From positions 11,072 through 75,071 of the forward strand of contig DDRT01000016.1 in NCBI GenBank assembly GCA_002343185.1: a stretch of 64,000 bases of DNA, read 5' to 3'. A program made the position numbers and the translations under genes. Below the pieces are notes generated by a model that was not told where the DNA came from, ran no database searches, and was given only the letters and a program-made list of their open reading frames with translations. Of this stretch, positions 40,619 to 49,523 are shown piece by piece (the first letter of the stretch is position 1; every line of letters starts with the position of its first letter). The stretch comes from Deltaproteobacteria bacterium UBA2409. Its GTDB lineage: Bacteria; Bdellovibrionota_C; UBA2361; DDRT01.

Positions 40619-43087
40619 TTAACCCCTTAGTATTCTGATTCTAGCAGCCTTGCTCTGTCTGTATTCATTATTAGAAAGTCTTACTAGATATCTGATTTTC
40701 CATTTACCAGGTGATAATTTAAACCTGACCGACCGTCTTGAGGTTTCCTTGACTATTTCCGCTGGAGAATTGCCTGACTTCGAAGCAGTCACTGTATAGA
40801 GCGCGTTACTAAACTTTCTCATAGAAACTAAAACCTTGCGTCTTGTGAGAGAGTTTAGGCTAGGTGCAGGAAGAGTCGTAGGAACTGGAGTAGGAGCTAT
40901 TAATAGGAGATCGGAGCTGATTTTCATCAGAAACGCATCTAACATCCCGTTGTGTGACGAATCATAACAACCTGAGGTTGTAGGAAGACCTCCATATGCA
41001 TAACCCGATACAACAATATGGCCTAGCGAATTAATTAAAAGCGAAGTTCCCACTTGCTGATACCCGTTTCCGAACAGCGTGGATGACTTCAATTGAGTTA
41101 AGTCTGAACTGAAGCGACTTATTAATACATCGGCATACTGACCACTATGTTGAGTATCATACGCTCCTTCGCTAGTAGGAAAACCAGTGCTCTGTGTGAA
41201 TCCGGTTATAAAAATTTCTCCAGCGCTAGAAATTTGAAGACCCGTCGCGCTTTCGAGAGGGTAGCCATCACGAGCGGGGCCTCCCAAGAAGGTAGATGAA
41301 AGCAATGAAGAAAGTGAAGGGCTCAGTTTACTAATGACTATATCATAACCTCCGTTATGCGAGTTATCGAACGCTCCCGCAGTTGTTGGGTAGTCACTAG
41401 AAGAGGACGAACCAGCAATAATCACATTATCCGAAACATCTAACTTTAGTGAATCGAGACCGAAATCTTCAGTTCCCAGACCACCAAGGAGGGTAGATGC
41501 ACTCAGAGAAGAAAGATCGCCTGTTAGTATGCTAATAAAGATATCAGAATATCCATTATGAGATGTGTCAAAGGAACCTACTGTGGTTGGAAAATCTGTT
41601 GCAATGGTGGTGCCCCCCACTATAATATTCCCGTTGGAACCTACAACAATTGAATACACATGCGTAGTTGCAGGTGGACCATATGAAGAGATGCTTCCTC
41701 CTAGATACGTTGAGGCAACTAAAGCAGTAAGGTCTGGGTTTAGCTTTGAGATAAAACCACTTGCAGCGCCATTCAGGGAAGAATCATAGGGTGAATTTAT
41801 CATGGGAAGATCAGTACTTGATGTTATTCCAGCTATTACAACATTCCCGGAGGAGTCGAAAGTTAGCGCATGTGCAACATCGCCAAGGGTACCGCCAAAG
41901 TATGTAGAAGCTATTAACGATGATAAATCCGAGCTTAGCTTACTAACAAACGCATCAGACGTGCCATCTAGCGTATTATCGTAGGCTCCAGCAGTTGTTG
42001 GAAAGTCAGGGCTACTGGTGTTCCCTGTTACAACAATTTCTCCAAGCGTATTTGCCTTTATGGCAAATGGTAGAGTGGTTGACGAGCCCCCAAAGAATGT
42101 GGAAGCAACCAAAGATGTCAAGTCAGAATTGAATTTACTGATGAACATATAAGACGATGTTGTGCTGTACGCGCCGACCGTCGTGGGGTAATCTAAACTG
42201 GCTGTTTCCCCTGTAATAAATATGTTATCAGAACTATCTAAGGTCATCGCATAAGGTATGTCATTCATCGATCCTCCAACATAGGTAGAGGCAAGCAGCG
42301 GATCAATTATCAACTCAAGGTCTTTTCTATAATCACCAATCTTGAAAGAGTAGCCACCGGGTTGAATCTGATACTCAGCGACAACATCAACCTTACGGCC
42401 GTCGATTTTTTGATATGCGAGAGGTTTTGTAAAATAAATATCGCCTAGCTTAGTACCTACGACCAGTTCGCCTGACTTATTATCGATAGATAGCTTATCG
42501 GCACCTTGAAAATTTAAAACAATCTTTTCTGGTTCTCCTCCGGGCTTAACAGTAAAGATCTTTTCGACGTTATTGCCGCTTGCGGACAAAGTTAACTCTA
42601 TGTTCTTCCATAGTTCACCAACAGTCACCGATTTAAAAGTTTTGAGATTGTTTTTCCAATTTTCTTTGGGGCCAATAAACGCGCTTACTTTAGTTTCTCC
42701 CTCAGAAATTCCCTTTGGGTCAATTTGATTGTCACAATTTATGAAATTTTCTTCCAGTGCAACCGCTTGATACGAATTTCCTGATTTATTATGCAGATCT
42801 TTGAGTGAACGAATAGAGGGCAGGTTGTAAACCAACGAATCATTAGTGACAAAAATCGTTCCAGCAGAAGTCGTCGCATAATACTTAACGTCTCGGTGCA
42901 TTTGACCCTGGTTTTCTATAAAGGGTATGCGAATATTTGCTATCGTATCCGGTGAAAATTTATTTTTTCTCACAAAATCCGATTTTGTGTTGATAGTGGA
43001 ATCCTCTTTATGACTTTGTGTACTGCAACTTACAACAAATATTGTAACCGAAAAAAATACTACATTGAGTACAAGTCTATTTTTCAT
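40619..43087 (-). CDS. Lipoprotein with many beta-propeller (SBBP-type) repeats
   Basis: Lipobox FVVSC. More than ten repeats of the form SSDLSSLxASTYxGG...D.A.ALT.DSSGN..I.G.T.S.DFPTT, typical of PF06739-like repeats. Confidence 0.6.
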   Translation of the reverse strand: MKNRLVLNVVFFSVTIFVVSCSTQSHKEDSTINTKSDFVRKNKFSPDTIANIRIPFIENQGQMHRDVKYYATTSAGTIFVTNDSLVYNLPSIRSLKDLHNKSGNSYQAVALEENFINCDNQIDPKGISEGETKVSAFIGPKENWKNNLKTFKSVTVGELWKNIELTLSASGNNVEKIFTVKPGGEPEKIVLNFQGADKLSIDNKSGELVVGTKLGDIYFTKPLAYQKIDGRKVDVVAEYQIQPGGYSFKIGDYRKDLELIIDPLLASTYVGGSMNDIPYAMTLDSSDNIFITGETASLDYPTTVGAYSTTSSYMFISKFNSDLTSLVASTFFGGSSTTLPFAIKANTLGEIVVTGNTSSPDFPTTAGAYDNTLDGTSDAFVSKLSSDLSSLIASTYFGGTLGDVAHALTFDSSGNVVIAGITSSTDLPMINSPYDSSLNGAASGFISKLNPDLTALVASTYLGGSISSYGPPATTHVYSIVVGSNGNIIVGGTTIATDFPTTVGSFDTSHNGYSDIFISILTGDLSSLSASTLLGGLGTEDFGLDSLKLDVSDNVIIAGSSSSSDYPTTAGAFDNSHNGGYDIVISKLSPSLSSLLSSTFLGGPARDGYPLESATGLQISSAGEIFITGFTQSTGFPTSEGAYDTQHSGQYADVLISRFSSDLTQLKSSTLFGNGYQQVGTSLLINSLGHIVVSGYAYGGLPTTSGCYDSSHNGMLDAFLMKISSDLLLIAPTPVPTTLPAPSLNSLTRRKVLVSMRKFSNALYTVTASKSGNSPAEIVKETSRRSVRFKLSPGKWKIRYLVRLSNNEYRQSKAARIRILRG

Positions 43088-43533
43088 AATCTTTTCAGCA
43101 CAGTAAGTGCTCCAGACGTTAGATCTGTTACAGAGCCCCAAGTAGCTTCATCACCAAATATTGTTGCTGTTCTGGTTTGTATGTGTCCACGTCTCCAAAT
43201 GGCAACAGCAGCTGAACCGTCGCTGGATATTGCAACCTTAGGTAAGTCAGCATTAGCTCCAGATGCAGTTAAATTAGTAACATCTCCCCAATTTGCGGAA
43301 CCTCCGGAGATTGTTGCGACAGCAGACTGTATTATGAAATGCGAATCTAATTGTATACTCCATACTGCTATTGCCTTTGTTCCGTCTGCTGACATAGAGA
43401 TATGAGGAGAATCAGTTGGGACAGAAAGACCGCTTTCTGAAATTGTAGTTGCAGGAGACCAGGCTACCAAGCCGGAAGTTTGTGCGCTGACCTGGTGCAC
43501 CAATGCTAAAATTATAAAAATAATAGCTCTCAC
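43084..43533 (-). CDS. Small secreted protein, hypothetical
   Basis: Signal peptide MRAIIFIILALVHQVSAQ. ATGA overlap with the downstream lipoprotein gene. Confidence 0.45.
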   Translation of the reverse strand: MRAIIFIILALVHQVSAQTSGLVAWSPATTISESGLSVPTDSPHISMSADGTKAIAVWSIQLDSHFIIQSAVATISGGSANWGDVTNLTASGANADLPKVAISSDGSAAVAIWRRGHIQTRTATIFGDEATWGSVTDLTSGALTVLKRL

Positions 43534-43715
43534 GCATTGGTGGTATCATCTAAGATAAAGTTCGTAAAGCCAAAAATCGTAACTATTTTGTGATATATCA
43601 AAATAGAAACTTAGTTCTGGAGAGTAAAACCCAACTTTAACTTTTTCTCTCGGTGACCGCGTACTATTTGAAATTATTGATTATTTGATAGGTTGGTAAT
43701 CCTAGCAGGGTGGCT

Positions 43716-43906
43716 CTAAATGATGGTGCCATGAACGGAGATAGAATTAATGAGTGGATTAGGATGAGTTTTTACGGAATTATACAGACCTTTTTGATAT
43801 TCAATTAACTGCTCAGGCCAATCAGATCCCCTACAAAAGTTTGTCCTTTGAACCCAGGTCAATCCAGAAGGGGACTGATTCTGAAATAGGCTAAAAGTTT
43901 GATAAA
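43716..43906 (-). pseudogene. Internal fragment homologous to the hydrolase-like gene at 32212..33903
   Basis: Minus-strand translation QNQSPSGLTWVQRTNFCRGSDWPEQLIEYQKGLYNSVKTHPNPLINSISVHGTII* aligns with IPSGLSWIERTRFCRGSDWVQQLIEYSRGLYQGVKSHSNADIRNIPVHG of the 582-aa protein. It has no start codon and is bounded by stops. Confidence 0.7.
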
Positions 43907-44340
43907 TTGAGAGAAGTTAGTCTTTAGAGGTTCGTATGGTGTTTTATTTGGTTTATTTTGGCGATTTTGCCTTTCTGAGCCACCAAATACTGAAGAAAGC
44001 CGAAATTTAGAGGGATCTCTCCCCTAAACCAGAGCAATAGGCACTGAAGTTACTGAGATTAGAGTTTTACAATTGTGCACCAGAGCTTGCATGATGCCTT
44101 GAAACTGCACCTTCAGGGTGGTTCTGAATCTGGTGATTTTCGGTGATAGATTAGCTCCGGAGGTCTTCGACAACGTATGAGGACGCTTCATTCCCATACA
44201 CAGTTTACGTTACAGACTCGCCATTATTGGTTCATTTATACGGCTCAGAAAAGTTAAATCTGACTATATAACGGAATTGTGATGATCAGCCCTGCTAGAT
44301 TACTATATGTCAACTAGTTCGAAAAATGTTCTCGTGATAA

Positions 44341-44688
44341 TCAATATTTTGCGGGCTCTTGAGGTTTAAGCTGCTCACCACTTGATTCAAAACCCCAGTA
44401 AGGATCTTTCAAACATTGCTCAGGTGTTGGGCAGATCAGTTTGTAGGTTATTGGATTCATCGAAATTGGAACAGGTATTGGCCTGCAAATCACTGTAGCG
44501 CAGATAGTATCACCACACTTGATCACACCATGACAAACGGCGATATCTCCTTCCTTGTCTACCCCATAATCTCCGCTCCATTGTAATGGGGAATCGCACC
44601 GACAAGGATCATCAGAACGGTTTGGCAGGGCATGGGTCTGGGGTACAATGAAAAGAGAAATCAGAGTTAAGATTAAAATGTTTTTCAT
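44341..44688 (-). CDS. Small Cys-rich secreted protein
   Basis: Signal peptide plus 9 Cys in a 115-aa ORF. Confidence 0.45.
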   Translation of the reverse strand: MKNILILTLISLFIVPQTHALPNRSDDPCRCDSPLQWSGDYGVDKEGDIAVCHGVIKCGDTICATVICRPIPVPISMNPITYKLICPTPEQCLKDPYWGFESSGEQLKPQEPAKY

Positions 44689-44700
44689 ATTTTCTCCTCA

Positions 44701-44994
44701 CTAATCGGCACAGCGTTTCTTATAGTTTTTGTAGTCTAAGCTACAAGGCGGGGGTGGTTCGTTGTTTAATCCTCCAATCAATGAACAGACCTTCCCATCG
44801 CACATTGCGGTTCCCCAGCATAGCTTCTGATCGTTATCTTTTCCTAACATTACTTCTGGTGGGTTTGGCCAACTATCGCATTGGGGCTCAGAGCTTGGCG
44901 CTGCAAAAGCAGGCCTAACTACGCTTGAATCTTTGTGATTATAGATTAGAAAAAGAAAGATCAATGCCGTCGAGACTAGGGTGATTAATTTCAT
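44701..44994 (-). CDS. Small Cys-rich secreted protein
   Basis: Signal peptide plus 7 Cys in a 97-aa ORF. Tandem with the preceding gene. Confidence 0.45.
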   Translation of the reverse strand: MKLITLVSTALIFLFLIYNHKDSSVVRPAFAAPSSEPQCDSWPNPPEVMLGKDNDQKLCWGTAMCDGKVCSLIGGLNNEPPPPCSLDYKNYKKRCAD

Positions 44995-45158
44995 AAGAAT
45001 CTATCTCCTTAAAGGGAAAGCTAACTTGAATTGGGGGGGGGGTCAATAGAAAAGTTAAGGAGATAACTTCATTTGGTGCATATTTCTCACAAATTTGTAA
45101 TCCCTCAATCTTCATGAAATCAGAACCAAATCTTATCTAAACCCTTGATAAGTTAGGT

Positions 45159-46106
45159 ATGGTGCAGGTGACAGAGAATCAAATCAAGGAATTCAAAGAA
45201 GAATCTTCATTCCGTTCTTTTCCCGAGATCGTAGATCATGGGATTAAAAACCGGGCAACAAACCTTGGTTTTAGATCTGGAGAGTGGCGTGAAAGGATTA
45301 AAGACACAGAAAGTGCCAATAAGTTAGTTCAGGAGATTGCAACTTTAATTAAGGATACTCCATTTCAACATGTACTTAAGCTAGACGGAACGCTCTCACA
45401 GCACGGCTTAGTTCGCCTCATAGACATGATCTGGGATCGAAGAAGAAGCGGTATTGTTGGAAACAATGAAGAGCTTTTTACAGCAATTGCACTGAAAGTT
45501 GAGAAGTTATTTGATTTTGTTGCTGAAGATGCTATTAACTCTGAAAAAGTTTCCAATAATAAATCTCCAGATACTCAATCGGCAGAACCAGAAAAATTCT
45601 CAAGATCTGACATTCAAAAAACTAAACAGAAAGAGACAGAGTCACCTGATCTATCAAATTATGACAAGAAACTAATCTCTATTATGCAACCACTTATGGA
45701 TCGATATACTAAGGGGTCAGCCCCATTTAAGGCAAAAGATCTTGTGGATATATGTAATGAAGAAGGCGTGGACCCTAGACTTGCTTTTTTGATGTTCTGG
45801 AAGGAAAGCCATTGGGGAACAGCAGGAAGGGCGAAGAGAACCTTTAATCCAGGAAATGTTGGTAATACTGATTCTGGTGCTCATAGATATATGGGTCGAG
45901 CAAGTGACAATGCAGGACAAAGATTCCTGGATGGGATAAGAGGCTGGTGTAGATTTATGAAGCAGGGATATGAAACTACTCTTGAGGGATTCATAGAATC
46001 TGGAGGTAAACGCACTAAGGGAGGAAATATAGGAGCAAGTTATGCAAGAAATAACTATTCAAGAGCACTTGCTCCTTTGGCAAGAAAGTTAGGACTAATG
46101 GAGTAG
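45159..46106 (+). CDS. Glucosaminidase-domain (FlgJ/Acm-like peptidoglycan hydrolase) protein, paralog B
   Basis: Same architecture as 38340..39188. The 3' ~230 bp are near-identical at the nucleotide level, including 65-bp and 67-bp perfectly identical blocks. Confidence 0.55.
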   Translation: MVQVTENQIKEFKEESSFRSFPEIVDHGIKNRATNLGFRSGEWRERIKDTESANKLVQEIATLIKDTPFQHVLKLDGTLSQHGLVRLIDMIWDRRRSGIVGNNEELFTAIALKVEKLFDFVAEDAINSEKVSNNKSPDTQSAEPEKFSRSDIQKTKQKETESPDLSNYDKKLISIMQPLMDRYTKGSAPFKAKDLVDICNEEGVDPRLAFLMFWKESHWGTAGRAKRTFNPGNVGNTDSGAHRYMGRASDNAGQRFLDGIRGWCRFMKQGYETTLEGFIESGGKRTKGGNIGASYARNNYSRALAPLARKLGLME

Positions 46107-46320
46107 ATTAGCCATCAGCTGTTATCATCCATAACGCAAGATTATATCCTCAAAAGGCGGGCTTTTGACCTATCTAATGTTTCAAAAACAAGGAAACGTA
46201 AGGTTATAATTATTAGTATTCGCCTTTACTATCAGCAGATTCACCCGTAAATATTCTTTTCGAGTTTTGAACGAGGTATCCAAATGGTTAGAAGTTTTGA
46301 ATAAGTTAATCAATCTAAAG

Positions 46321-47712
46321 TTATAATATTGGATCTATTAATACTATCTCAAATCTGGTGCCGTGTTCTTTTGTGCTTATGACCTTGATCTCCCCACCAT
46401 GAGCCTCAACTATCTTTTTAGTCACTGCTAAGCCGAGTCCACTTCCTGCCTTGTCTTTTTCGCGAGATCTGTCAGCTCGAAAAAACTTCTCAAATATATA
46501 AGGTAAGTCGCTATCTGAAATTCCTACTCCATCATCTTTCACTAGTATAGATACTCGACCATTATTATCTTCAAGGGAAAGCTCTACTGAGCCGCCACTT
46601 GGTGTGTAAATAATAGCATTCTCTACCAGATTCGAGATTGCTCGTTCTAGAAGAGAAGGATCTGCGGTTATAATAAAATTCGAAGAGGGAGGAAGTATAG
46701 TTAGCTGAACATTTTTTTCTTCTGCTTGCACAGAGAACTTTGCCGTTATGTCGGATAAGAGCTCAGCTAATGAAAACTGGGAAAGCTCTAATTTTTCAGC
46801 AATCTCCTCAAGTCTGGCAATCTCAAATAACCCATCTATTAACTTTTGTAAGACACTGCAATTTCGAAGGATGATAGATAAAGTGTCAGAAAGGCTTGAA
46901 TCAACTTTTCCTGATAGGAGTTCCGAGTATCCTTTAATAGCAGCAAGAGGAGTTCTTAGATCATGAGAGATTCCGGCAATTAGCTCTCTTCTTAGCGCAT
47001 CGCGCTCTTTTAGTTTAGAAACAAAACCATTGATTCTATGGGACATCTGAGAGAATGAATGTGTTAGCTCGCTTACCTCGTCACTTGAAGTATCATGCAG
47101 GTCTACTATTTTTTGATGGTGTTCAAAAGTCTTTACTGCATTATTTAGTCGTGTAAGTCTAGAAATTAGAACCTTACTTAGAAGAAAAACAATTACTGCC
47201 GATATTAGAAATGCAATTAAGCTTTGAATAGCAACTTGGCTAATAGTTGTGGAAAGTGATTTTGAGATCCTTTCTTCAATTATGATATATAGATCTCGAT
47301 CTGTATCTACGGAAGACTGAACAGCTGGGAGCTCTTTGGCGTTGGTACGAGGGTCAGTTGCGAATGAAATATCTCCCGATTTTTTTACTATTTTAATTCT
47401 GTTTGACTTTAAGATAGTTTTGTCAATTGAGCTGATTAAGATCTCTCCGTTCTTGTCTGTTAGGTAAGGGGAAAATCTCTTGTTAAGTTTAGAAAATCTT
47501 AGAAAAATCTGATAAATTGCTATCAAGTCTTGATGTTCCTTTACCTGATCGACAAGATCATTGGCTAATGGCGTAGATTCTCTTAGGTCGGCTTCATTTA
47601 ATGCTTGATTTAATGCATTCGTTCCGATCAAAAGTGATAGAAACGTCACTAAAAGAGTTACTAAGGAGAAGTAAACTGTTAGCTTGAATGCTAATGAATG
47701 GGTGAGCCTCAC
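46321..47712 (-). CDS. Sensor histidine kinase (HisKA + HATPase_c)
   Basis: H-box ISHDLRTPL, N-box NLVENAIIYT, G1 DDGVGI and G2 GSGLGLA. Two TM segments. Confidence 0.85.
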   Translation of the reverse strand: MRLTHSLAFKLTVYFSLVTLLVTFLSLLIGTNALNQALNEADLRESTPLANDLVDQVKEHQDLIAIYQIFLRFSKLNKRFSPYLTDKNGEILISSIDKTILKSNRIKIVKKSGDISFATDPRTNAKELPAVQSSVDTDRDLYIIIEERISKSLSTTISQVAIQSLIAFLISAVIVFLLSKVLISRLTRLNNAVKTFEHHQKIVDLHDTSSDEVSELTHSFSQMSHRINGFVSKLKERDALRRELIAGISHDLRTPLAAIKGYSELLSGKVDSSLSDTLSIILRNCSVLQKLIDGLFEIARLEEIAEKLELSQFSLAELLSDITAKFSVQAEEKNVQLTILPPSSNFIITADPSLLERAISNLVENAIIYTPSGGSVELSLEDNNGRVSILVKDDGVGISDSDLPYIFEKFFRADRSREKDKAGSGLGLAVTKKIVEAHGGEIKVISTKEHGTRFEIVLIDPIL

Positions 47713-47744
47713 TGCCTAAGTTTCAATTCTTAGAGCTTTAACTG

Positions 47745-48443
47745 TCAACACACAGCTTCATTGAATTTATAACCTTTTCCCCAAACAGTCATGACATATT
47801 TTGGCTCAGATGGATTATCTTCTACTTTAAGTCTTAATCGATTAATATGAGTATTCACGGTATGTTCATATCCATGAAATTTATATCCCCAGACCTCAGA
47901 CAAAAGCTCTTCTCGGCTAAAAACCTTACCTGGGGATCTAGCCATAAAGGTGAGGAGTTTAAGTTCGATCTGAGTCAGCCCTAAATCCTTGCCGTTCAGG
48001 TATGCCGACATTTTCTCAGCATCAATCGTGAGTGGACCAAGAGACAGCTTTGTTGTGAGGATTTTAGTCTCCTTCTGAGATCGTCTCAAGAGTGCTCGTA
48101 CTCTTGCTGTGAGTTCATTGATTGAGAATGGTTTTGCCAGATAATCATCTGCCCCCGCCTCGAAACCTTCTAGCTTGTCTTCCTGCGTGTTACGTGCAGT
48201 GAGAAATAAAACAGATGAAGATGTTCCAGAAGATCTTATATCTTTGCAGATTGAGAGTCCTTCAGCATCAGGCAACATTCTATCAAGCACTATTACGTCG
48301 AACAGATCTTCATTAAGCTGGTGATGTGCTTCATGTGCAGATTTAGCAACAGAAACATTAAAGCCCTCACTTACCAGGTGTTGTCTGATAAGCTCAGAAA
48401 TATCTTTATCATCTTCAACTACGAGAATTTTGTATGAATTCAT
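47745..48443 (-). CDS. OmpR-family response regulator
   Basis: Receiver domain (ILVVEDD...DVIVLDRMLPD) plus a winged-helix C-terminus (LTQIELKLL...RLR). Confidence 0.85.
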   Translation of the reverse strand: MNSYKILVVEDDKDISELIRQHLVSEGFNVSVAKSAHEAHHQLNEDLFDVIVLDRMLPDAEGLSICKDIRSSGTSSSVLFLTARNTQEDKLEGFEAGADDYLAKPFSINELTARVRALLRRSQKETKILTTKLSLGPLTIDAEKMSAYLNGKDLGLTQIELKLLTFMARSPGKVFSREELLSEVWGYKFHGYEHTVNTHINRLRLKVEDNPSEPKYVMTVWGKGYKFNEAVC

Positions 48444-48630
48444 AAGTAAACCTCTAAAAAAACAAAAAAGTTACAAGTAAGGATCCTATGACAGATACAA
48501 TTTGTCTCAAATTTTATCATTCCTAACTCATCGAATTCACTTGTTATTAATATGTTAACTTTAATGTGTGCTCTAAAAAATGATATTTTGTGAACTTTTT
48601 TAGTATTTTATTCGGATATGAGGGTTGTAA

Positions 48631-49095
48631 ATGAGGGTTAATAATAAAAAGTTTGTAAGCACTCAAAAAGGTGCGGCATTTGTTGAAGCAACAGTGTTTG
48701 TTTCTATCCTTTTTATTATTCTCTTAAGCGGACTCAGTATGACTCAATCACTGAGAGACCGAGGTAGAGCGAATGAGGCACTTTACAGATCTGCTTTAAA
48801 AATTATCCGTTTAACTTCAGACAGCTCTCGGACTAGTTTACCGGATCGCATCGATCTGAGATGTTCAATACTAAAAGACTTAATTAAGGATGAGTTAAGG
48901 CGGGAGTCTGTCGAAGAGGCAGATATTAAAATACTTGCATCTGGGTCTTCATCGGTTGTCCAACAGATAATAGCTGTTGAGATCCCCCCTAAAGGCTTTT
49001 TTGGGGCACAAGAGCTAAGGTTGCAGGTTTCAACCCAAAATCATCTCTCTCCTGTTGACTGTTCTGCCTATGGTAGCATTCAGACAGGTTTATGA
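48631..49095 (+). CDS. TadE-like pseudopilin
   Basis: N-terminal QKGAAFVEATVFVSILFIILL matches the TadE/TadF prepilin motif, with G followed by E at +5 and a hydrophobic helix. Confidence 0.55.
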   Translation: MRVNNKKFVSTQKGAAFVEATVFVSILFIILLSGLSMTQSLRDRGRANEALYRSALKIIRLTSDSSRTSLPDRIDLRCSILKDLIKDELRRESVEEADIKILASGSSSVVQQIIAVEIPPKGFFGAQELRLQVSTQNHLSPVDCSAYGSIQTGL

Positions 49096-49523
49096 AGGTT
49101 GGTGAAAAAGGCGGGGTATTAGCTGAGACAGCAATAATTCTTCCTTTGATAATATTTCTTATCTTTTTTTTAATAGAGATGAGTTTTATCTTACTCCAGT
49201 TTATTGCAGTACGAGAGGGCTTATCGATAGCAGCAAGAGATATCTCTTTACCTAAGAAAACTTCTGATGAAAATCAAATTTGTAACGAAATTGTGAATAC
49301 CAGGCTTACTGATCAGATGAGAGCATTTAAGCAGAAGGTTAGAACGGGGCAGTTCTTGTCTGTAGTTAAGCGGGTAAGCCCTAGTGAGATAGCCATCTAC
49401 GTTGATGTGAACGTTTACTGCTTTATATGCGGAGTTATTTATGAAGAAACTCCATTTAATTGGAGGTTTGAAGAACCGGTGATATTGCAAGATGAGGAGC
49501 CGCCCTGCGATGTTGATAACTAA
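49092..49523 (+). CDS. TadE/TadF-like pseudopilin
   Basis: EKGGVLAETAIILPLIIFLIFFLIE: Gly-Glu prepilin-like N-terminus. Overlaps its neighbours by 4 bp and 32 bp. Confidence 0.5.
   Translation: MKVGEKGGVLAETAIILPLIIFLIFFLIEMSFILLQFIAVREGLSIAARDISLPKKTSDENQICNEIVNTRLTDQMRAFKQKVRTGQFLSVVKRVSPSEIAIYVDVNVYCFICGVIYEETPFNWRFEEPVILQDEEPPCDVDN

Noticed and set aside
43010-43405. Plus-strand ORF 43010..43405, and the ORFs 41565..41789 and 41802..41984 inside the SBBP lipoprotein gene
   Set aside because: They are antisense to strongly supported minus-strand genes with signal peptides and repeat structure.
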